A DNA stretch of 64,000 bases. Origin: Lama guanicoe (lineage: Eukaryota). The stretch is from positions 20,512,039 to 20,576,038 of the forward strand of contig MU055594.1 in NCBI GenBank assembly GCA_013239625.1, in the 5' to 3' direction. The stretch's first letter is position 1. Each line of letters begins with the position of its first letter. Of this stretch, positions 11,701-24,300 are shown one piece after another. The translations under genes and the position numbers were made by a program. Under the pieces are notes generated by a model, which did not search any database, was not told where the DNA came from, and worked only from the letters and a program-made list of their open reading frames with translations.

Positions 11701-14539
11701 GTCTCACAGGACCATGAAGCTTTCCAAATAAAAGCAAACGCAAAGCACCCAGACAGTGCTTGGGACGCAACAGGTACTCGGCCAACACTGGCTCCCTTTC
11801 TCCTTAACGTGCATGTACAGACAGTAGAGTGATGTTGCTCCTGGGTCAAAAACAGGAGAGCGTGGAATTCAAATGCCAACACAGAAAACAGTAGCTAAGA
11901 TTCCCTGAGCCCCCAGTACAAGTCAGAGGCAGGACTGGGCATTTACAACCATCATTTCTAGCAGACACACCCTGTCTCTAATCTTACCAGATGCTTCTAA
12001 GACAGTGAGCAGTTCCAGAAGCCAAAAGTCAAATTGTTGGCTATGTCAGTTCCTTCGATTAGTTCCTGGGGATTCAAAGTTCCAACTCCAGCACTTGACA
12101 TGAAGTGGGACATTGGAACCTCGTTCCTGTACCTTTAATATTGTCGAACAGTGAGCAGTTCTGATAAGCTTCCTCCTGAACCAAACAAAACAAGGTGCCA
12201 AGTAAAACAGACGTTCTTTGCCAAGTCAAAATTCTGAGGTGCCCTTAGCGTGAAAAAGCAGGTGGCTCCCTGAGCAGAAATCAGATGAGAAAATCTTGGA
12301 GAAGACCACAGTACAGTCTTGAAAGAAGCTATAGTCTGTTTTTTTAAGAAATGACTTTCCAATGGAAATACATACATGTGTTGTGTGTGTTATTTTCTAG
12401 GTCTATTTTGGTGTGTTGAGTGTCCCTGCCTTCTGGTGCCATAATTCCTCGTGCACACCTCTATTATAACATTTGCTTATTCCACTGAACTGTCATTATT
12501 TGCACTCATGTTTCCATCTCGGTGAGTGAGCTATTGAAAGGCGCACACCTTCCTTCTTTACATAGTACCAGGCACACAGCTGGTGCTCGACAAAAGATGT
12601 TGACTTACTGAATGAAACTTTGGAAAATGATAAGTTGAATGGCCGGAAATGTCATTAAAAGTCTAAAGGCTTATTCATACACATGGCTTCTTTGTACACA
12701 ACCACCACCTTCAACACGAGCATCACTAAATGCACCCGGGCCTCTCATGTGTCAGTAATCTCTTTACGTTCCCTTCTCACCACCACCCAAGTCCCCCAGA
12801 GCCTGCAGTCACACCCTGCAAGTTAAGTCACCTTAAATGACCCTCTGTGCTGTGGGAACACAGCAGAAGGAAGGGCCTTGATACATGCGAGTTTAGCTAA
12901 CATCTTAAGGCCTTATGACAATAATCCCTATTTCCCAAGAGCCAATCAACTGGCCAATTAAAGACAAAGGCAAATTTGAATAGCCCAAAAGCCAACAGTT
13001 AAAGGCACAGCTGGTATTTGCTGCAATTCGCCCCCCACTATATTTCATTTCTGAAAATATCTGTTCTCAGTTGGACCGTTGATAAAGACGAATGCAGCTG
13101 GGAAAGCAAAGGATGAAGCGTCTCTAACAAAGAATCATTCTATCACACAGACGTTAAGGACAACAACACTGGCTTCGGGTCCACTAGTAATTATATTACA
13201 GCGTAGTCTGAATCTAGCTAATCTCACGGAAGGAGGGAGGGAAGGATATGGGCTGAGATACCCAAATCCCCTGCCTGATCATCACCAATTCTTTGCATTT
13301 GTGAATCTCTGGTCAAAGGCAGATAGGTAAAGTAACACTTCATATTCTTTTAAATGATTGTGGCTGTTTTTGAATATTATCATTTTTAAATGTACATAAA
13401 ATTCTTTTTTCCTCCCTTTTTCCAAAATGAAACTAGAAAGGAATGCTGGAAAATTCGTATCACCACTACTTCCGAACCTAGCCAGGAAGCATCACTTTAA
13501 TGCCTCGCTTTTTCATCTCCTACAGTTTAACAAGTGATTCCCGGATTTTGTTCTGAAAAACACTTGAATGCCCATTTTAAATAGAAAAATCTGAGTCAGA
13601 GAAATCATTTGCCCAAGGTTTCCTATGGAGAAAAAAATCAAGTCCAAGGTGAGGGTATCAAGAAAACAATTGCACTGGGCAAGGCTATCTGAATACACAC
13701 AATCCTGAAAAGAGAAAATAGAAACTATAAAAGGGAAACCTAGAAATCCGGTTGCTCAATTTAGTGTCCTTTTTCTGACAGCTACTGGGAGAGCGGACCG
13801 TTGTCCTCACACGTACCATCACCTCTGTTTCTTTGTTCGAAAAAACATCCCTGGCGGCCCAGGAACACTCACTCAGGCAGTAAGGAATAAATATTTACAA
13901 TTCGCTGGAATTTCCAGTTCTTGGGCACTGAACTTGGATGGCAACCCTGCGCTCACCCGTCTGCGTGAAGCATTCTTGGAACTGGCGGTCCCTCCCGACC
14001 TGACACCAAGTAACCCTTGGCGCTCAGGATTTGAAGGCTGTTTTACGTGAGTTGGAGCTGGTTAGGAACACTCTTCCAGCCCGCCTGCCTCTAGAGCATT
14101 CACCAAGTGCTTCCTGTGGGTCACGTTCACATTGGACAGGTGCCAATGGTGTTCCCATTCTCTTAGGGAAAAACTGAGGCAAGGAGGCCAAGTAATTGAC
14201 CATCACATCACCAGTGTGATATGCTGCCCGGACAGGAACTGAACCCGGCACACATCTCCACCCCAATGTCCCTATTTGGAGCCTCAGCGCTGATGAGTTG
14301 TACGTGCAACACTGCCCTCCCCTCCCCTTGTGGATTTACTCCCTTAGATGAAAGATGCATACGTTTCTTCCCTTCCGTGGTGAGCTTCCCTGACAGCAAT
14401 GACTTTGTCTTACTTGTCTTTGCATTGCCCAAAGTGCCCAGTATAGGACTGTGCGTGTAATGTGTTATGCAACAGAAATTTAAAAATAAAATCGCATCCT
14501 CTCCTTGGCTGTTTAGCAGGGGGAACTTAAACCCAGGCA

Positions 14540-16400
14540 AGAAAGTACTGGAAGAAAAATAACCGTCAAGCTCAAGCTCTATTTCCAACTAGCCTTCAAA
14601 AACAAAACGGCAAATCAGGCAATGTATTCAGTGGGCATTTTTCAGACAAAGGAAAACATTGCTTATTGCTGGAAAACGACATGAAGTATTCTTTAGGCCG
14701 AAGACAAAAGATCTCGGGTTGAGGTGGAGGCTGCAGGCAGGAGTGAAGAACAACAGAAAAGATCAATAAACAGGTAAATCTACGTGCATCCTGACTGTGT
14801 AAAACCATGATAATTATGCCTCTTGGGGGTTAAGAAATGTGTAGCGTCAAAATGTATGACAACAAAAACAGAATGCAAGAGAAGGATTAAACAGAATTAA
14901 AGTCTTTTAAGATGGTTGTATTGTCTCGAAAATAGTAAAAAGGACACATTTATAAAACGGCTCATAATTGAAGTATGCATGTCCTCATCTCTGGGGTATC
15001 CATCAAAAGTAAAGTAAAAAATGTATAACAAGTTAATAGGACAGGAAAAGTAGAATAAATAAGAATATTTTATTAACTAGAAAGGAAAGGAAGGGAGAGA
15101 ACAGATTGGATGAATACAAAACAAATAATAACATGGTAGATTTAAACCATTTAAACCAAATATATGAGCAATTACATTAAAATGTAACCTCACTGAAATT
15201 CTCCAATTAAATGACAAAAACTATCAGAATAGATTAAAAAAAAAAAAACAAACCTTAAATATATGTTACTTACAAGAGAATACTTTAAATCAAGCCACAG
15301 GAAAAAAAGTCCAAGTGAAAGGATGGGGAAAAAAAGGGAGGAGGGTATAGCTCAAGTGGTAGAGCGCACAATTAGCACACACAAGGTCCTGTATTCAATC
15401 CTCTGTACCTCCTCTAAAAAACATATAAATAAATAAGTAAACCTAATTACTTCCCCCCAAAATTAAAAAAATGTATAAAAACAAAAATTTGTTTTAAAAA
15501 GACGGGGAAGAGTTAACATACAATTTGGAAAGCTGTATTAGGGTTTTGCTTTGTTTTTTAAATAGTTTTGGCAAAGTCCCAGTAACTTCCAATGATTGTC
15601 CCACTGCTTTGCTACTGGCCCCCAAAAGCTCATGCCCTGGAGGGGAAGAATAGGTAAGACTCTGGAAGGCTGGGCTCAGTTTGGATGTTGAACTTCAAAG
15701 AAGAGCACACTGAAAAGTCCAGCTCACACCTCAGATAAGGACAGAGTCAGGCAGGTGAATGGATGAATAAATGGTGGTGCATCCAAACAACAGAATACTA
15801 TTTAGTGCTGAAAACGAGTCCACTGACAAGTTCTTAGACAGACATGGAGGAAGCTTAAATGCCCAGCACTAAGTCAAAAAAGCCAACTTGAGAAGGCTGC
15901 CCACCCTATGATTCCAACCATATGACATTCTGAAAAAGGCAAGACTACATGAGCCAATTAAATGGTTTGTGGTTGACAGTGAAGGGGTGGGTAGGGAGGA
16001 AGGGAAAAATAAGTGAAGCACAGAGGATTTGGGGGGCAGGGAAAATAGCCTGTATGATATTATAATGATGGACGTATGTCATTACACATTTGTCAAACCC
16101 ATAGAATGTCCGACGCCAACAGTGAACCCTGAGGTAAACCATGGACTTAGGGTGATTATGTTATGTGTCAATGCAGGTCTACACTTGGTAAAGAATGTAC
16201 CATTCTGGTGAGTGACGTTGATAACGTGGGAGGCGACACACATGTGGGAGCAGGGAGTATATGAGAAATCTCTGGAACTCCCCCCTCAATTTTATCTTAA
16301 ACCCAAAACTGCTCTAAAAAATCTGTCTTGAAAAAAATTCCAAGAACAGTAGAATAGTACACTAAAAAGTGAATTTTACTATCTAATTTGTTAATGCATA
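14540..16400 (+). mobile_element. Old L1M fragments (ORF1 end/ORF2 start, then L1MC-type 3' end), interrupted by a SINE
   Basis: ORF2-start-like aacatggtagatttaaacc...caattacattaaaatgtaa; 3' end gtcattacacatttgtcaaacccatagaatgt...gtgaaccctgaggtaaaccatggactt. Confidence 0.7.
15335..15496 (+). mobile_element. tRNA-derived SINE (Vic-1-like)
   Basis: gggagggtatagctcaagtggtagagcg...; TSD aaaggatggggaa / aaaagacggggaa. Confidence 0.88.
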
Positions 16401-16584
16401 AAATTAAAATTAAAAAGTCAGACTCAGGCCATGTTTAATTAATGGCAGATGAGCCACTATGGTTAATAATGGATGAGATGCTCCTGCCAGAGGTAACTGG
16501 AAGGAACATTGGCGTCCGTCCTTTGAGTGGAACACAACATAGGTGTTCTCAGGCTCATGAATAGGAAAAAACATTAACTGCTTT

Positions 16585-16586
<2 letters not shown>

Positions 16587-16623
<37 letters not shown>
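16587..16623. repeat. (CA)n microsatellite
   Basis: About 18 perfect CA units. Confidence 0.95.
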
Positions 16624-16627
<4 letters not shown>

Positions 16628-18686
16628 CATTTTTACATATTAAGAGTCCATTAACTCCTGGGGCAAAGTCTCAAGTCACCAGCAGTACCACAGTACACAC
16701 AGAATACAAATCCACCATAAGATTATGCCCGCCACGTTCTGATTCTCTTGTTTGACTCGACAAATCTCAGAGATGAACTATGAACAAACTGTGTGATTAA
16801 CAAGAGCTGGCAGCCAGAAATCCATGCTCGCTGGCTATTAAAATCAGAGTCAGAGCTGGGTCCACAGTGTTGCTGCACAATGATGGACAGTACTGAAACA
16901 CGGAACAAGAAGCTTAATATGTCCTTCATCATAACAAGGTCTCCATCAAGACACACAGGCTACACAGGACCCAAGGAGTAAGCTATAGGATGTCTTGATA
17001 CCACTGTTTCTTACAAAATAGATGCTAGAATCTTTTTGTATATAGAGGAGATAAAGGGAGGAAAGAACTAAAGGCAACAAGAGTTTGGCACTTGGATATA
17101 TCCAGAGAAAACTCTATTTGATAAGGATACATATTCAATAACATGACATTAATATTTATGCATTTTCATTTTCCTATGCTTGTATTTGTTTTTTTCTAAT
17201 GAGAAAGCTTCTTTTGAGCCCTTAACAATAACATCACAATCATCCTTCCACTTTATTAAATATTCCATTGAACCAAACCCTAGCATTGCATCAGCTGCAT
17301 TTTATCTCTCTTGTAGGCTTTATCCAGGAGAGCCAGGGGCTTATTCTCAAGTGTCTAAATCCTTCTTCAAATCTGCTGCTTGCCCCACCAGCTTTTCCCT
17401 TTAAAGCCAACACTCCAAGGAAGCACAATAACATTTTGCCTCTGGAGTCCCTTGTTTGAACTGCAGCCATTTTATTTAACTGGAGGTCAAACAGCTCCCT
17501 TTCCTTTCCCCAAATCCAGCTACTTGAAGCCTTGTTTTTGCTGTGAACCATACTTCATTGAGTCATTTCTCAAAAAGTCACAAGACACCGTGCCTTTGAA
17601 TGTTTATCCCTGCATCTATTAGTAAATTTGTTTTTCTGAAATTCCACATTTCAAAGAAGTTAAAAATACACCAGGAGCTTGAAAGACTGCCTTCAGAGTC
17701 AATTAGCACCTATAAATTTTTATCCAGTCACTTAGATAAAAGACCTACCTGATGAATGTTTACTTCAATAATGAAGAAACACAAGACCATGAGTATACAA
17801 AGATAAAAGCACTTGGATTTCTTAAATCTATAAAATTGAATCCCTTGATAGACAAAATTTGGTGCAGAAAGATAGTGGGTTAGAGTTGATGGGGGAAAAA
17901 ATTTCTCCCCCGCTCTCCCTCGCTCTTTTTAGGCAAGGAGTTTGAACCACTGGAAAATAACACAGGCAGAACGGCCTTTTAAATTTTAAGTGGGTTTTAT
18001 CAAGTCTCAGTGGTAGCGTTTTTACTTTGGGAATTCGCTGCAAAACTTTAATAGAAGTTTGTGGGAAATGATTCAATAGCCAAGTTTGTACCTAATTCAT
18101 GGCCTTTCAGGGAAGCACGTTATGATTAAGGAAAGGCTACGTAAAACGAGTTACGTCATAACCATGACTACCCCTGGAGAACACCTTCAGTGCATCACGC
18201 ACTGCGTATACTTTATTCCTAGTCTTAATAAATCCTCTAAATGTGGCTTACAAGTGAGATAACAGAGGCAGAGAAAGTTGAAGGAACTTACCCCTAGCCA
18301 TCCAGCTAGTTAAGTGGCTGTCCGACTCCAAAGCCAGGGCTCACTGACCAACAACTATGAATAAACCACACCCCTGGGTCCCCCTGGTTTCATCAGACGT
18401 TCTGATTGAACGAGCCCAAGGAGAAACATCAGTCCTGTTACTATTGCCAGCACCACCTGCGTCCTCAGGAGGCAAGATGGAGCCTTCCTAAAACCACATC
18501 ACAGAAACCACCCTCCGGAGGGGGAAGGGAACGCAAAAGAAAAAGTCTCCTTCTTGCTTCGGTTCCAGGTGTGTCATGCAAAATGAGACTGCAAATTGGG
18601 TAGCAAAGAACAGAAGAAGCTGTACAGTCTGAGGCCAGAATCTACCCCAAAGACAATGATTCTCAACTTTGCACACTGGAATTCCT

Positions 18687-18737
18687 ACAGAAACTAACAC
18701 AACCTTGTAAATCAACTATTCTTCAATTAAAAAAATA
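18687..18737 (+). mobile_element. Very short L1 3' tail
   Basis: cagaaactaacacaaccttgtaaatcaactattcttcaattaaaaaaa. Confidence 0.75.
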
Positions 18738-18764
18738 GACGGGTAGCCTAATTGATTAGTTAAT

Positions 18765-18912
18765 TTAAAAAAATACTGATTTCTAAAAATTCTGATTCCT
18801 AGTCCTCTCCCTAGAAATTCTAATTTGACTGGCCTACGTGGGGTACAAATACCAGGATTTTTAAAAAGTTTTCGAGATGATTCTAATGGAAAACCACTGA
18901 GAAGCACTGCCC
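18765..18912. mobile_element. MER5-like hAT DNA transposon remnant
   Basis: aaaaatactgat...agaaattctaatttgactggcct...gatgattctaatg...tgagaagcactg. Similar remnants lie at ~41275-41460 and ~57705-57920. Confidence 0.6.
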
Positions 18913-19056
18913 CGTAAGAGAGACGCGGGTGTGGGTGGTTGTGTGAATCTAAGCGCCTTCCATCGGCTCTTTTTCCTCCTTCCCTGTGCCTGGACACGTC
19001 GGAAGCACGGGGCCCTGCAGGTCAGTGGGAGAGGCAGCCGGGCCGGGCCGCGTTAC

Positions 19057-19322
19057 CTGGGCCGTATCTTCCATCAGGCCCCGGATCTTGTCCACGACGT
19101 CGTTGCGCCGGTGCTGGCGCAGCGCGCTGATGAGCTGGGCCAGGCTGGCCTCGGGGCCGCGGATGGTCCAGTGCTGCAGCGCCGCGTACGCCCGCTCGTG
19201 GTCCGCCGTGTAGCCGTTGGAGAACGCGGCCACCTCCCTCTCGCTGGCATTGCACAGAAACTGATAGATATCCTTCCACTGGCTGCCCACTTGGGCTGCT
19301 ACAAGCTTCAGGATGTCAATAC
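19057..19322 (-). CDS. TNFRSF21: TNFRSF21 coding exon 4 (death domain)
   Basis: Acceptor gtacag|GT, donor CAG|gtaacg; 266 nt; [88 protein letters not shown] is the DR6 death domain. Confidence 0.98.
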
Positions 19323-19577
19323 CTGTACCGGAGACAAAATCAAGCCGAAAACAAACACAGGCGTGTGAGGGGAGGGCTCTCTATCAGGCCGCTCTGTCTG
19401 CACGAAGTAAAAGCAGCCGGCTTTCTCACGGCTACCATCTGTCAAAAGGATGCAGTGCTTTTAAAAACACTTGGCACACGCAGCTCATCCTGGGGACTAG
19501 TTCGGTACTTTCCAGCAAATGCGGAACCAGAAGAAGGAGAAACCTGGAAGTATATAGTAATAAATGTACATAAAATG

Positions 19578-19666
19578 ATTTTTTTTTAATACAGATACTG
19601 GGGATTGAACCCAGGACCTCCTGCATGCTAAGTGTTCGCTCTACCACTGAGCTATACCCTCCACCC
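19578..19666 (-). mobile_element. tRNA-derived SINE (Vic-1-like, short form)
   Basis: tactggggattgaacccaggacctcctgcatgctaagtgttcgctctaccactgagctataccctcc. Confidence 0.9.
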
Positions 19667-19984
19667 TGTCAGAGGATGTTTTGAAAGCCAAACCCAAACC
19701 ACTCACAGTGATTCCTTTGTCGCTGCTAAAAACAAACGGAAGCAAATAATTTAGAGGCTCCCCAGACTTAGAAAGTGGTGACTTCACAAAATCTAGAAAA
19801 AAGTAAGCCATAGGTTAAAACTGCGGGGAGTTTATCGAACACTGTCGGGGTAAAGGGTGTCCCAGAGTTTAGCTATAGTGTCCATTATACCAACTGACGA
19901 AGTACCCAGCTGACCCTGCCCAGTGGAGGCATTCCTGAAGAACATCTAACTTCTCACTCTCTAAGATACAGTGCGTGTGGGGGA

Positions 19985-20090
19985 AGGAGGGAGGGGTAGA
20001 TAGCTCAGCGGTAGAACGCATGCCTAGCACTCACAAGGTCCTGGGTTCCATCCCCAGTACCTCCACTGACAATAAAATTCAAGAAATGAA
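19985..20090 (+). mobile_element. tRNA-derived SINE (Vic-1-like)
   Basis: gatagctcagcggtagaacgcatgcctagcactcacaaggtcctgggttccatccccagtacctcca. Confidence 0.88.
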
Positions 20091-21299
20091 ATTCTCTGCT
20101 CAACAAGCCCTTTTCTGATCTAGTATTCAGTCTCCTAAGTTGATGTGCACAGTTATAACGAAGACAACCACAACATTACAGTATATAAACAATAGCGGTC
20201 GTCTCCCAGGTATTACATGAAGGCACTAGCTCATGGAACATCTTTCCAAAGCATTCACATTCCAATTGCTCAGGTAAGGGGACAAAAAAACCAAAGAAAC
20301 AAAAAAACACACACACAGAAAATTTAGGCTATTTGCCCAATATCATCAAGGCATGTGGGTTGGGTTTTGAATCCAGTGTTCTATATTGTTATTGTGGCTC
20401 ATCTGCTCCTTGTAAACGCAGCATGGCTCTGCCGTCCCCAGACCTGATGAACAGAGGGGGAAATGCCAAAATCGTAAGCACCTGGGACTCACCCTCCGTG
20501 AGGTGAGGGTTTCCCTGAGTGTCACCCTTTAGTGTCTTTCCCTTTAAGATGCCTTCTCCGTGCAATGACGCATTGGCTTTGCCCACATTAATCCATGAGT
20601 GCATATATCACCTCACAGTAAGAGCTCTGGTGTTTTTTTATCAATAGGTGGATAAGTCTTCATGAGTCAATACTATGGCTTTGGATGAAGCCATACTTAC
20701 ATGCTCAGATACCAGAGTTAGTATAGTTAACAATGTCTTGAAAACATTTATTACTCCAACAACAACAACAACAACAAAATGGAGTCAAGTTCCCAAGTGA
20801 AGCTTAAGGGAATAAAAGAGAAGGATAAAGGAGTTTGTTGTGATGGTTAATTGAATTTTTTTGGTTTAACTAGAGGTTAGTCAGGAGGAAAAAAAAAAAC
20901 TTTTTTTGCTCCAATCCTTTGTTGGGGAAAATATTTATTAAATGAGCTATCAATTTTTGTCTAAGAAAGGAGCACTAAGAATTCCAGAAGTTTCCTTGTA
21001 AATGGAGGATTTTGTGGTTCCTCCGTGGAAGCCCTTCCTCTGCTGTGCAATTTTACTGAGACAGATGGTGTCTGGAGGACGGCGTGGACCTCCTGAACCA
21101 AACCCCTGCAAATGGTTTCAGAAAGGAAGTTCCTGCTTTCTTGTCAGCTGTAAAAGCAGAACACTACAAATTGAGACATTACTGTACTTCCCACACTGTT
21201 TTCCCTGGCAGTGCGAAATATACTTGAACCCGCTGCTTTCTGGTTTTCATAGCAATGTTTAGCCAGATACAGAGCTTTTAATTTCAAGCAAACAGATTC

Positions 21300-21300
<1 letters not shown>

Positions 21301-21332
<32 letters not shown>
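21301..21332. repeat. A32 homopolymer
   Basis: 32 consecutive A. Confidence 0.95.
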
Positions 21333-21335
<3 letters not shown>

Positions 21336-24300
21336 CTGTGGTTGATGTGGTAGATTCTTCCGAACACCAAAAGGCTTGTTAGTCCCTGAATCTTAATTTA
21401 GGTCAATTTAACGGAGGCTCACAGCATCTTGCATGACTGCGCTTTTTTTCTTGTACGTGGGACCTTTGCTTACATCTTTGTAGTGCCAGTGACAGTGCGG
21501 CTTTGGGCAAACCACTAACTGTCATGTTCGTTTCCTCATTGGTACAATGGAGATACTCACTCCGGGCCCTGGGGAATGGGGCTGCTTAACATTTTCTATA
21601 GAGTCGATTTATTTTTGGAAGTACCCCATCATTACAAATGCTCCATATACTGGGCACCAAAATTGAAAACTACATGCATTTCTGATGCAAACGCACAGCC
21701 TTTATAGAGTAATTACAGCGTTTAAAAGGCTTACGCTTAACAATAGCTCCTTCTTCCGTAACCCAGTATTTTATACTCTTTTTCAGCCACAAATTTTTTT
21801 CCCCAAAAAAAGGGAAAAACACAAAGAATGGATACAACGAGATTTTCCTTCAACTAAAATTGACTGGAAGCTAAATTTAAGGCCCACACATCAAGTTTCA
21901 TCTTGTTCTTTTACTATGTAAACATGGAGTCAACTCCCGGGAACCAGCCAGGGGTCGGCAAGGTTCCGGGCCACTGCCCGCTCCCATTGCAGAGCTGATC
22001 AATCTAGAGAAGGCAGAGACCCCAGCCTCTCAGCCTAGCACATGATCACAAGCCTCGGCAGGAGAAGGGAGGACCATTCTGAACTAGCCCACGAGTTTGC
22101 CGGACCTGGTCCCCACCCCACCATTGCCACCAGAGGGAAAAGAAAACCCTTGCGGAATAGTTCAGGAGTATTTCTTGGGCAGGCACTGTGCGTCCCTGTG
22201 TTTGCTGGACTGAAAACTGATGAGATTTTAAGACAAAAGAGTTTATCACCAAGAGAATGAAGGAACGCCAATGAAGCACAGGACTGGAAAGTGTTCTCTG
22301 CTGAGAAGAAAGTTTGGGGCAAAACTAACCAGTCCAGCTACAGGGAAAAGCAACAGAATGATTAAACTACACTGAGATGCCTGCCTCGGGGGCAGGAGGG
22401 AGACGAGACGTTACCGGACAGGTGAGCAGAGGGGACGTCAAAGGTCTTCACAAGGTTCCATTTCCTAAGTTGGATGGTGGGGAAATGGGTCTTCTTTTTA
22501 TTTTATTACTGTATTTGATATTTATTATTCCTTTTAAAACTATGCATATAATATATATATGACTCACTGATATGTGACATGTATGTATATATCCTTTATA
22601 TATATACATACTATTATGTGGGATATATAATTTTTTTAACTGTTTAATTTTACTGGGGAGGAACTTCCTGTAGAAAGGTTATTGATCAGTACAAGGTGGC
22701 CCAGCGAGTTAGTGGTCCCTCTGTTGTGGTTAATGGGGGATGTGGTATCGTAGAGGAGCATGATTATGGTCCTAGGACACAGCCATCTAGTCCATGTGTG
22801 AATGCAGTCCAGGTTGGCCATGATGTGTGTGTTTCCTGGCCTGTTATTACTGACCAAGAAGATGCTGGGTAAGTTTCTCTCTGGGGCTAGCAAGTGTTGT
22901 CCTTTCCTTTAAAACTACGGTCCCTTTAAAAAAAAAAAAGAAGAAGAAAGAAAAAAGGACGTTTCAGCAAGCTTTTTCTGTACAGGTTAAGGCTATATAT
23001 TTTCAGTTTCTGTTGGAACGTGACAGCAACCACGGACGACACAAGAGGCCCAGGTGCTACAGCCCCTGCAACCAGCAACTTAGAGAGGCCGTAACTAGAC
23101 GATCAAGTGGCTAAAAGATTTAGAAAAGCATCGTGTTTAAAAAAAAAAACAAACACAGATACCCTCAAAAATGAACGTTCCCACCCAATTATTAACCTCA
23201 GTGTGAAATGACAGTAAGTGAAGTAGGGAACAAATCTCTGCTTGCCAGGGCGCCCTGATCATCCGCCCGCCAGGGCTCTGAGAATGTTCGTCTAGAATGG
23301 ACACAGTCACTGTGCGGAACTAATCTGACTTGTTTAGCCTAACAGGATGCCAGGTGTCTGTTTTCTTAGGATGAAAAGCAACACAACCCTCAACTCAGGG
23401 AAATGCTGACTGATGGGGCAATGAGCCTAACTTTGCTCTCGTCGTGATGGCAGGTTCTGAAGCTCTGGGGAATGGCTGGGATTTCTAAAGAAGTCATTGA
23501 AGGAGCCAAGCCCTCTAAACCAGGGACTGTACTTGCCGGGAGCTGTGTCTGAGAAGGTGGCCCTGTGTCGAGGGAAATGACTTGTCACTTCCAAGGTGCA
23601 GGTAGTAGGAAGATTATGAACTTGGCAATCACAAGATACGGTTTCAAACTCCATGACTTGTTCGTTGGGCAAGTGACCTCTAAGATTTCAGTGTCCACAT
23701 GGGTAAAACGAAAATGCTACCTCTTCTCTCATAGGCTGGGTACAGAGATGTATGGGGTCAAACCAAAAAGCACCATGGTTCTCTTCCCTTGGCCCCCTCC
23801 ATTTTTGTGTGGACAAGAGTCACTGGGGCAAGGAATCTGAAAGGTGGGAGGAGTTCTGCATACACATTGGTTTTTGCACCAGGATTACAGGTGCTGAACA
23901 GTGGAGCCAGGCACCAGCATCCTAGCTTCACTAGTACGTGTCCGAAGGGTCACGACAGCACAAGAGGCATCATCCAAAGAAAGGCACATTGAAAGGACAA
24001 TGTTGCCCCTCTGTCACACGCAGGGCATCATGACAGCACCCCACTGGGTGAGCAGACACTGCCCTGATCCACCATGAAAAAAGCTCAAGAAAAAAGGCAT
24101 AAGGTGTGCAGCTGGGTTATCACAGAAGGCACGGTATTTTCCTGTCCGTTAAAAAACCCTGAATCAGATCTAACCTGGGCGATAACCCTCCTTTGAGGTT
24201 CATTTCTTTGAACGCTCACTGTCAAAGCCAGTATGCAAAAAAAAAGGATTCCTCCTCTTTTAATAAGAACTTGAGTTGACCTTTATAACCAGAGAAGGTA

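Noticed and set aside
19439-19678. ctgtcaaaaggatg / ctgtcagaggatg could be a TSD enclosing a SINE plus ~130 bp of transduced DNA
   Set aside because: No second poly(A/T) tail at the distal copy, and a degenerate match adjoins the SINE tail itself; probably coincidental.
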